Part shown: positions 1 through 6,916 of the stretch, in pieces
Layout: each line of letters opens with the position of its first letter
Numbering within the stretch: position 1 is the stretch's first letter
Assembly (NCBI GenBank): GCA_049317705.1
Contig: JBMOHT010000002.1
Location: 2,862 to 66,861, forward strand
Source: Bacteroidota bacterium
Lineage (GTDB): Bacteria > Bacteroidota > Ignavibacteria > UBA10030 > UBA8401
Direction: 5' to 3'
Length of the DNA stretch: 64,000 nt
Position numbers and translations under genes: made by a program
The notes under the pieces: generated by a model
Database searches by the model: none
The model's input: only the letters and a program-made list of their open reading frames with translations
What the model was told of the DNA's origin: nothing

Positions 1-1
1 C

Positions 2-439
2 GATGCGAAGAGTGCCGGTGTAGACGGACTGATCATTCCGGACCTTCCTCCCGAAGAGAGCGGCGAATTCCGTTCACTGTGTTCAAAAAATGGATTGAGC
101 AACATCTTCCTGATCGCTCCGACATCAACGGATGAACGTATCGCTTTTATTGATGATTGTTCGACCGATTTCACATATTGTGTCTCCGTCACCGGCGTGA
201 CCGGCGCTCGGAATTCATTCGGCGGTAATTTCGACGGATTCCTCGGCCGAGTGAAGAAGAATGTGAAGAAACCGTTCGTCGTCGGTTTCGGTATTAAAAA
301 CAAAGAACAGATCACGCAGATCGCGCCGTTCGCGAACGGAGTGGTTGTCGGTTCTGCATTGCTGCAGCAGATCGCAGAATGCAGAACAACAGAGGAAGTG
401 ACGGCGGCTGCACATCGTTTCATCTCATCCTTACAGTGA
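2..439 (+). CDS. trpA: Tryptophan synthase alpha subunit, C-terminal part (5' end lies outside the window)
   Basis: The frame is open from the window edge. The translation ...GVDGLIIPDLPPEE...TYCVSVTGVTGARN...PFVVGFGIKNKEQ...NGVVVGSALL matches the C-terminal half of TrpA. Confidence 0.85.
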   Translation, partial: DAKSAGVDGLIIPDLPPEESGEFRSLCSKNGLSNIFLIAPTSTDERIAFIDDCSTDFTYCVSVTGVTGARNSFGGNFDGFLGRVKKNVKKPFVVGFGIKNKEQITQIAPFANGVVVGSALLQQIAECRTTEEVTAAAHRFISSLQ

Positions 440-450
440 GCAGTGAGAAC

Positions 451-738
451 ATGGAAAAGATAGAACATTGGCGCAACAAGATTGATGAGATCGACAAACG
501 GCTGGTGGAACTGCTGAACGAACGCGCGACCTATGCCGATGAGATCGGAAAGATCAAAGAACGTCTCGGCATGGAAGCATATTCGCCGAAACGCGAAAAG
601 GAAGTGCTGGAGAATATCCTGAAACATAATAACGGTCCGTTGAATGACCTTGCTCTCCGCCGGTTATTCGAACGTATCATCGATGAATCCCGAAAATTAG
701 AACGCGAGGCGATGCATGAGCGGAAACAGACCAAGTAG
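451..738 (+). CDS. Monofunctional chorismate mutase (AroQ-type helical)
   Basis: The ATG at 451 lies 11 nt after the trpA stop. The 95-aa product reads WRNKIDEIDKRLVELLNERATYADEIGKIKE...SPKREKEVLENI...LFERIIDESRKLE, typical of AroQ chorismate mutases. The 379 start in the ORF track overlaps trpA and is unlikely. Confidence 0.8.
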   Translation: MEKIEHWRNKIDEIDKRLVELLNERATYADEIGKIKERLGMEAYSPKREKEVLENILKHNNGPLNDLALRRLFERIIDESRKLEREAMHERKQTK

Positions 739-1747
739 ATTCCGCTGGCTCTATTATATCGGTGCGGCTGTTGTGCTGTTCCTCTGTTCTATGTACATCG
801 TATTCTTCCTCCCGAATTCATTCGACCAATCCCCGCAATTCATCACCGTCAGCAAAGGTCAGTCATTCTCCAGTCTTGCGGATTCCCTTGAACAAAAAGG
901 GATCATCTTCAGTCAGATCACGTTCAAGATCGCCGGTCGTTACCTCGGAGTTACGCAGAAGATGCGTGTGGGGAAGTACAGCTTTGTCAGCGGCGTTTCC
1001 AATATCGAGATCCTGCACGACATCGAATCCGGACGCTCGACCGTGAGCACGACCGTTCCGCTGAGAGAGGGAGTGAAGACCAAAGTATTCGCAAGAATTC
1101 TCAAACGGCATATCGGTATCGACTCCGCCCGCTTCATGCAGTACTATCATGATACATCGCTTATCGGTATCTATCCGAACAACGCGACATCACTTGAAGG
1201 CTATCTCATGCCGGATACATATTCATTCTTCTGGCAGGATGATGAGAAGGTGATCATACAGCGGATGATAACGGAGTTCCGTGCATTCTTTGTGGATTCG
1301 CTACAGCGGAGGATGAAGGATCTTGGGTATTCCCTGAATGATGTGATGACAATGGCTTCCATTGTAGAAGGGGAAGCCGTATATGACGATGAACGTCCCA
1401 TCATCGCCGGCGTCTATTATAATAGACTGAAGAGGAGAATGAAACTCCAGGCGGACCCGACCGTGTGGTTCGTGGTATCAGATTCCTCGCGCAGATTGAC
1501 AAGAAACAGCCTGAAAGTTGATTCACGCTACAATACGTATCTATATTATGGACTTCCGCCGGGCCCCATCAATAATCCTGGAAGAAGAGCTATATTGGCC
1601 GCATTATATCCCGCCGAGCACAATTTTATCTATTTTGTGGCGGATTATAACGGAAGACATCGGTTTGCAAAGAATTATGAGGAACATCAGAGGAATGTGC
1701 GGTTATACCGAAAAGCCCGTGAAATGGCAAAAAACGGACCACGGTAA
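716..1747 (+). CDS. mltG: Endolytic murein transglycosylase MltG (YceG-like)
   Basis: N-terminal TM helix, then LEGYLMPDTYSF, ASIVEGEA and YNTYLYYGLPPGPINNPG, which are YceG/MltG hallmarks. It overlaps the upstream CDS by 23 nt. Confidence 0.9.
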   Translation: MSGNRPSRFRWLYYIGAAVVLFLCSMYIVFFLPNSFDQSPQFITVSKGQSFSSLADSLEQKGIIFSQITFKIAGRYLGVTQKMRVGKYSFVSGVSNIEILHDIESGRSTVSTTVPLREGVKTKVFARILKRHIGIDSARFMQYYHDTSLIGIYPNNATSLEGYLMPDTYSFFWQDDEKVIIQRMITEFRAFFVDSLQRRMKDLGYSLNDVMTMASIVEGEAVYDDERPIIAGVYYNRLKRRMKLQADPTVWFVVSDSSRRLTRNSLKVDSRYNTYLYYGLPPGPINNPGRRAILAALYPAEHNFIYFVADYNGRHRFAKNYEEHQRNVRLYRKAREMAKNGPR

Positions 1748-1821
1748 TCCATTCTTGCAACTCCAAATGCTGTTTTGTATATTGAAATGTTAATCCACAA
1801 TCATTAAACGAAAGCACTATA

Positions 1822-2040
1822 ATGAAAAACGATATCCACCCAGAATACAGAAAAGCGGCCGTGGTCTGCGTATGCGGAAACACCTTCGAAACCCGCTCGA
1901 GCATGGGGAACATCCATGTCGAAATCTGCTCTGCGTGTCATCCGTACTATACCGGGAAGCATAAACTGCTTGACTCTGCCGGTCGTGTTGAGAGATTCAA
2001 CAAGAAGTATGCGAAAAAGACCGCGGCGCCAACAGCATAA
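1822..2040 (+). CDS. rpmE: 50S ribosomal protein L31
   Basis: MKNDIHPEY...[11 protein letters not shown]...[10 protein letters not shown] is a canonical L31 sequence. Confidence 0.95.
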   Translation: MKNDIHPEYRKAAVVCVCGNTFETRSSMGNIHVEICSACHPYYTGKHKLLDSAGRVERFNKKYAKKTAAPTA

Positions 2041-2063
2041 ATTTTATGATGTTGAGTATTTGA

Positions 2064-2097
2064 AACGGAATGTATCTTTTGATCATTCCGTTTTTTA
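2064..2097 (+). terminator. Rho-independent terminator after rpmE
   Basis: Stem aacggaatg / cattccgtt (2064-2072 / 2084-2092) followed by a T-run. Confidence 0.6.
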
Positions 2098-2110
2098 TTT
2101 TAAACCATTA

Positions 2111-2140
2111 TCACCGCAGAGAACGCAGAGTTCGCAGAGA
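2111..2140. repeat. Left arm of the inverted repeat flanking the GxxExxY gene (three CGCAGAG units at 9-nt spacing)
   Basis: tcaccgcagagaacgcagagttcgcagaga. It matches the reverse complement of 2536-2564 at 24 of 29 positions and ends 8 nt before the ATG at 2149. Confidence 0.75.
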
Positions 2141-2148
2141 AATCAGAC

Positions 2149-2535
2149 ATGACAGATACTAACTCAATAACAGAAAAAATTATTGGTTGTAGTATTGAAG
2201 TCCATAAATCACTTGGACCTGGTTTATTGGAGTCTACGTATGAAGAATGTTTGTTCTTCGAGCTGAATCAGGCAGGATTAAGAGTCGAGCGGCAGAAAGA
2301 ATTACCGATTCAATATAAGTCCATCGAACTGCGGTGCGGGTATAGAATCGATCTCTTGGTAGAGGAACAGGTCATCGTAGAATTGAAATCCGTCGATCAG
2401 ATCATCCCAATTCACGAAGCACAGATTCTCACATATTTAAAGCTTTCTAAAAAGAAAGTTGGCCTGTTAATCAACTTCAATTCCAGACTGTTGACAAAAG
2501 GTATCCATCGTTTTGTCAATAATTTTACTGAGTAA
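2149..2535 (+). CDS. GxxExxY protein (PD-(D/E)XK nuclease-like superfamily)
   Basis: 128 aa with the signature GLLESTYEECL (GxxExxY) and RIDLLVEEQVIVELKS (a D...ExK-like core). Confidence 0.85.
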   Translation: MTDTNSITEKIIGCSIEVHKSLGPGLLESTYEECLFFELNQAGLRVERQKELPIQYKSIELRCGYRIDLLVEEQVIVELKSVDQIIPIHEAQILTYLKLSKKKVGLLINFNSRLLTKGIHRFVNNFTE

Positions 2536-2564
2536 CTCAGCGTTCTCTGCGATCTCCGCGGTGA
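2536..2564. repeat. Right arm of the inverted repeat flanking the GxxExxY gene
   Basis: ctcagcgttctctgcgatctccgcggtga starts at the first base after the stop codon. It is the reverse complement of the left arm at 24 of 29 positions. Confidence 0.75.
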
Positions 2565-2602
2565 AATTTGTAGAAGCAAATCGAAGCACCTGAAAGGATA
2601 TC

Positions 2603-3874
2603 ATGTCCAAACACATCTGTCTCTTCGAAGACATTTACCACCCGAATCTTCTCCCTCTCGTCTATTTTCGTCCCACATTCAATCTGCGCTGCGGAATTCT
2701 GTCGCTGAAAGAGAAAGTGCAGTATGCATACCCGAAAGCGGACGTCAGTCTCCACTGTCGTTCATATCTGGCGGACTATATGCGCCTGCGCAATCCCGGT
2801 CATGCGGTGAACGACATCGGTGCGAAGGATTGTCTGTTCATCAACGGACGGGCGATCGTTGATGAACGGTTCGTGAAGCTCATCCCGCAGAACGGTGATT
2901 CCGACGTTGTGTATGTGAAAGAGGACAAGGTCGTTGCCGCCCGTGTGAGCGGTGATAAACTGAAGCGGCTGAAAGGACACTTGAACGGGATCTTTTCGAT
3001 CTCGGATTTCGACGGTCTGCAAGTGCAGCAGGTTGATGTGAATATGATCGTGTATCCGTGGGAACTGGTCAAGCACAACGGCGATCAGCTCCGGGCGGAT
3101 TTTGACGTGCTGAAGAAACTCCGCAAGAATAAAAAAACTAAGGTGAAGAAATATCCCGGTGTTCATATCCTGAATGAGAAGAATGTCTTCATCGGCGACG
3201 GTTCGGTGATCAAGCCCGGTGTAGTGATCGACGCGGAGAACGGTCCTGTCTATATCGGAAAGAACGTTCAGATCATGCCGTTCTCAATGATCATCGGTCC
3301 ATCATATATCGGTGACAATTCCATCGTGAAGGCCGGTGCGAAGGTCTATCAGGACTGCAGCATCGGTCCGGTCTGCAAGGTCGGCGGTGAACTTGAAGCG
3401 ACGATCCTTCACAGCTATTCCAACAAACAGCATGACGGCTTCCTCGGGCATTCGTATCTCGGTGCGTGGGTGAACTGCGGCGCGGGGACCGTCACCAGCG
3501 ATCTGAAGAACAATTACAGTTCCGTGAAAGTATATGTGAACGGCGAACCGGTGGACAGCGGAATGCAGTTCGTCGGTGTGACCATCGGCGACCACTCAAA
3601 GACTGCGATCAATTCCACATTCAATACAGGAACCGTCATCGGAGTATCATCAAACGTCTTCGGAACCGGATTCCCTCCAAAATACGTCCCGTCATTCTCC
3701 TGGGGAGCAGCCGGCGAGACGTTCATCACCTATAATATCGATAAGGCTCTGAGTGTTGCGGAAAAAGTGATGATCCGCCGGAAGATCGAATTGAGCGAAC
3801 AGGAAGAGAAACTGTTCCGGAAGATCTTCGACCTGACAAGCGACGAACGGAGAAAACGCGGAATGCCGCTGTAA
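2603..3874 (+). CDS. Putative sugar nucleotidyltransferase/acyltransferase with left-handed beta-helix (alternative GlmU-like family, TIGR03991-type)
   Basis: 423 aa. The C-terminal half carries hexapeptide repeats (IGDGSVIKPGVVID, IGKNVQI, IGDNSIVKAGAKV, IGPVCKVGGE, LGAWVNCGAGT, IGDHSKTAINS). The N-terminal domain lacks the canonical GxGTR motif. Confidence 0.65.
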   Translation: MSKHICLFEDIYHPNLLPLVYFRPTFNLRCGILSLKEKVQYAYPKADVSLHCRSYLADYMRLRNPGHAVNDIGAKDCLFINGRAIVDERFVKLIPQNGDSDVVYVKEDKVVAARVSGDKLKRLKGHLNGIFSISDFDGLQVQQVDVNMIVYPWELVKHNGDQLRADFDVLKKLRKNKKTKVKKYPGVHILNEKNVFIGDGSVIKPGVVIDAENGPVYIGKNVQIMPFSMIIGPSYIGDNSIVKAGAKVYQDCSIGPVCKVGGELEATILHSYSNKQHDGFLGHSYLGAWVNCGAGTVTSDLKNNYSSVKVYVNGEPVDSGMQFVGVTIGDHSKTAINSTFNTGTVIGVSSNVFGTGFPPKYVPSFSWGAAGETFITYNIDKALSVAEKVMIRRKIELSEQEEKLFRKIFDLTSDERRKRGMPL

Positions 3875-3926
3875 TGTCATTTTGCATTTTGACCTCACAA
3901 ATATTTCAATTCTGTTGACCGTTTTT

Positions 3927-3960
3927 TTGTGGGTTTTTGTGTCTTAGTGCTTTAGTGGCG
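3927..3960. repeat. Solo copy of the GTGTCTTAG / GTGGC-type intergenic repeat
   Basis: ttgtgggtttttgtgtcttagtgctttagtggcg matches 24622-24654 at about 29 of 33 positions and shares the cttag / ctttg unit structure with 5463-5500. Confidence 0.55.
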
Positions 3961-4021
3961 AATTTGCCGGAATGTAAGTTTTTTACACGATGTATCTCAC
4001 AGTGAAAGCAGACAATTTATC

Positions 4022-5404
4022 ATGGAAAATCATTTAGACCTTAACGAATTACGGGAAGATAAGAAACAGCTGTTCAGCGGTGTGCGCGGAACCTCTGTGA
4101 AGATCCTCAACCGTGTTGAACGGACCGATTCCTATCTCGACAAACTGCTCGAAGCGGAACTCCGCTCCGGCGAACTGAACGATTTCGACAAAGCGCTGTT
4201 GATGGAGATCGTCCATGGTGTGCTTCGGTGGCAGTCAAAACTGGACTGGGTACTGAACGGATTCTTCCACGGGAATTTTGCGAAGGCGGAAGTGACCGTC
4301 CGTAACACATTGCGTGCCGCGCTCTATCAGATCCTTTTCCTCGATAAAGTGCCGGACCATGCAGCGGTGAATGAAGCAGTGGAATTCATCAAGCGCATCC
4401 GCGGTGAGAAAGCGGGCGGACTGGTGAACGGCGTTCTCCGGAATATCATCCGCAATAAGGACGGCATCCATTATCCCGACGTACAGAACGATGCAGCGCT
4501 GTATCTCTCAACGATGTATTCATTCCCGTTGTGGATGGTGAAACGGTGGATGAATCGATTCGGATTCCATGAAACGGAAAAACTGCTCGATGCGCAGAAC
4601 CAGAAACCGGGACTTACGCTCCGTGTGAATACGATGAAGACCACGGTCGAGGATTTCAAGAAGATGTTCGATCTGCAGAATATAACGTATGAATCATCCT
4701 CGTTCCTTCCGATGTTCATGAAAACGACCAATCTGACGAATATCTCGAACTCCGAGATCTTCCGTCGCGGATTTTTTACGGTCCAGGATGAGAGCGCTGG
4801 AATGGCTGCGAATCTGCTCGATGTAAAACCCGGGGAGAGGGTCATCGATCTTTGCGCGGCACCGGGCGGGAAGACGACGTTCTTCGGTGAGGTGATGAAG
4901 AATCAGGGGACGATCGTTGCTGTGGATAAATATCAGACACGGCTGAATCTTGTGAAGACCTCCTGCGAACGGCTCGGCATCACGAATGTGGAATTGGTTG
5001 CGGCCGATGCGGTGGAGTATCAGACAGAACTTGCGGATAAGATCCTGATCGATGCGCCGTGTTCAGGACTCGGCGTGCTGTCCAAAAAACCCGATATCAA
5101 GATAAAACGGGAGATGAGGGACATCAATGAAGTGGTGAAGATCCAGGAACAGCTGCTGAACAATGCCGCCACCTTGCTGAAGCCCGGCGGTGCGATCGTC
5201 TACAGTACCTGCACCATCGAACCGGAAGAGAATTTCGGAGTGGTCAAAAAATTCCTTTCGAGTCATCCCGAATTTGAAGTGGATAATGCATCAAAGTATA
5301 CCAGTGAAAAGATCGTGTCGGCGGATGGTTTCATCGAAACATTCCCGCACAGGAACGGCATTGACGGGTCATTTGCTATCCGTCTCGTACGAAGTATAGA
5401 ATAG
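4022..5404 (+). CDS. rsmB: 16S rRNA (cytosine967-C5)-methyltransferase RsmB
   Basis: N-terminal NusB-like domain, SAM motif DLCAAPGGKT, catalytic DAPCSGLGV and YSTCT. Confidence 0.9.
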   Translation: MENHLDLNELREDKKQLFSGVRGTSVKILNRVERTDSYLDKLLEAELRSGELNDFDKALLMEIVHGVLRWQSKLDWVLNGFFHGNFAKAEVTVRNTLRAALYQILFLDKVPDHAAVNEAVEFIKRIRGEKAGGLVNGVLRNIIRNKDGIHYPDVQNDAALYLSTMYSFPLWMVKRWMNRFGFHETEKLLDAQNQKPGLTLRVNTMKTTVEDFKKMFDLQNITYESSSFLPMFMKTTNLTNISNSEIFRRGFFTVQDESAGMAANLLDVKPGERVIDLCAAPGGKTTFFGEVMKNQGTIVAVDKYQTRLNLVKTSCERLGITNVELVAADAVEYQTELADKILIDAPCSGLGVLSKKPDIKIKREMRDINEVVKIQEQLLNNAATLLKPGGAIVYSTCTIEPEENFGVVKKFLSSHPEFEVDNASKYTSEKIVSADGFIETFPHRNGIDGSFAIRLVRSIE

Positions 5405-5420
5405 AATACTTACTAATAGA

Positions 5421-5500
5421 CTCTCGCAGAGACGCAAAGTCGCAGAGTTGAAATTGATTTACCGTCTTAGCGTCTTAGCGCCTTAGCGCCTTTGCGAGAG
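5421..5500. repeat. Gene-less inverted repeat of the CGCAGAG / CTTAGCG family
   Basis: Left arm ctctcgcagagacgcaaagtcgcagag (5421-5447). Right arm cgtcttagcgtcttagcgccttagcgcctttgcgagag (5463-5500). The reverse complement of the right arm matches the left arm at 21 of 27 positions. The loop is 15 nt. Confidence 0.6.
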
Positions 5501-5552
5501 ACAATCAGATGGGCTGGTCAAATATGCGCCTAATCCGCAGCGAAACATAAAA

Positions 5553-6797
5553 ATGGAAAGAATCATTATGGGAAAATACGACAAACTGTTCATCGAAGAA
5601 TTGGACCGCATCCACGCCGCCAATACATATAAATACGAAACTGCTTTTTCAACCCCGCAAGCCGGTGAAGTGAAGGTGAACGGAAAGAAGGTCGTGATGA
5701 TGGCCTCCAATAATTATCTCGGTATGTCGAATCATCCTGTCGTAAAAAAAGCGGCGATCGATGCGATCAAAGAATACGGCTACGGTATGGCGTCGGTCCG
5801 TTTCCTCTGCGGCACACAGACGATCCATCTTGAACTGGAGAAGAAGATCTCGAAATTCGTCGGTGCGGAGGATACGATCCTGTTCTCATCTGCATTTGCC
5901 GCGAACAATGCGTTCTTTCCGTCACTGCTGAATGAGAAGCTCGGTTCCGAGAATTACCGCGATGTGATCTATACAGACGGACTGAATCATGCGAGCATCA
6001 TCGACGGTATGCGTCTCTGTAAGACCGAAACAACGGACAAGAAGATCTATAAGAATAACGATATCGCTCAGCTGGAACAGCTGCTTGAAGCGGACAAGAA
6101 TGCCGATTACCGGTTCAAGATCATCGCTTCGGACGGTGTGTTCAGTATGGAAGGAAGTTACGCCCATCTTCAACAATTGGTGGAACTTTCCAATAAATAT
6201 AACGCGATCCTCTTCATCGACGATTGCCATGCGATCGGTGTGGCGGGGAAGACCGGACGCGGCACTCCCGAAAAGTTCGGCGTTTTCAAAAAAGTTGATG
6301 TGCTGACCGGAACACTCGGCAAAGCGATCGGCGGTGCTCTCGGCGGTTATGTGAGCGGCAGTAAAAAAATGGTGGAATATATGCGGCAGAAAGCGCGTCC
6401 GTACACATTCTCGAACTCGCTGCCTCCGTCCGTGGTGATGGCGAGTATCGCTGCGATCGACCTGCTCTCGAAGGATAAATCTATCGTTGCCAGACTGCAT
6501 GATAACACGGCGTATTTCAGGAAAGAGATAGCATCGCTCGGATTCACTATCATTGCCGGTGATCATCCTATTGTTCCCGTGATGTTGGGAGATGCTTCCG
6601 TTGCTCAGGAGATGAGTAAGAATCTGCTGAAGTCCGGAGTATATGTGAAAGGGCTCTGGTTCCCCGTCGTTCCGAAAGGTGAAGCGCGCCTCCGTGTTCA
6701 GATCTCGGCAGCACTCTCAAAGAAGAATATCGATCATGCGCTCGATGCGTTCGAAACGGTCGGTCGGAAAATGAAGATCATCTCGAAAAAAAATTAA
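5553..6797 (+). CDS. kbl: Glycine C-acetyltransferase (2-amino-3-ketobutyrate CoA ligase)
   Basis: Alpha-oxoamine synthase fold: NNYLGMSNHP, DGLNHASIIDG, FIDDCHAIG, and the PLP lysine in TLGKAIGG. An alternative ATG lies at 5568. Confidence 0.9.
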   Translation: MERIIMGKYDKLFIEELDRIHAANTYKYETAFSTPQAGEVKVNGKKVVMMASNNYLGMSNHPVVKKAAIDAIKEYGYGMASVRFLCGTQTIHLELEKKISKFVGAEDTILFSSAFAANNAFFPSLLNEKLGSENYRDVIYTDGLNHASIIDGMRLCKTETTDKKIYKNNDIAQLEQLLEADKNADYRFKIIASDGVFSMEGSYAHLQQLVELSNKYNAILFIDDCHAIGVAGKTGRGTPEKFGVFKKVDVLTGTLGKAIGGALGGYVSGSKKMVEYMRQKARPYTFSNSLPPSVVMASIAAIDLLSKDKSIVARLHDNTAYFRKEIASLGFTIIAGDHPIVPVMLGDASVAQEMSKNLLKSGVYVKGLWFPVVPKGEARLRVQISAALSKKNIDHALDAFETVGRKMKIISKKN

Positions 6798-6813
6798 TAA
6801 AAAGCATTACATT

Positions 6814-6900
6814 ATTACAAAATTGCAACATTGGCAAGAGATCCTTATTGATCTTTCAATCTTTTAATTTTTCAATATTGTAATCTTGCAATTTTGTAAT
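6814..6900. repeat. Perfect 15-nt inverted repeat with a 57-nt spacer in the kbl-DUF1624 intergenic region
   Basis: attacaaaattgcaa (6814-6828) and ttgcaattttgtaat (6886-6900) are exact reverse complements. Confidence 0.7.
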
Positions 6901-6916
6901 TGTATTCATAGTCTTC

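Noticed and set aside
1916-2152. A 78-aa + strand ORF overlapping the 3' half of rpmE and running through the terminator into the CGCAGAG repeat (tail ...SPQRTQSSQRNQT).
   Set aside because: It is out of frame with the well-supported L31 gene. Its C-terminus is simply the translated repeat arm, so it is not a credible gene.
5405-5552. A possible glycine riboswitch or other leader RNA upstream of kbl.
   Set aside because: The structured part of the spacer is explained by the CGCAGAG / CTTAGCG inverted repeat. No glycine-riboswitch-like core is visible.
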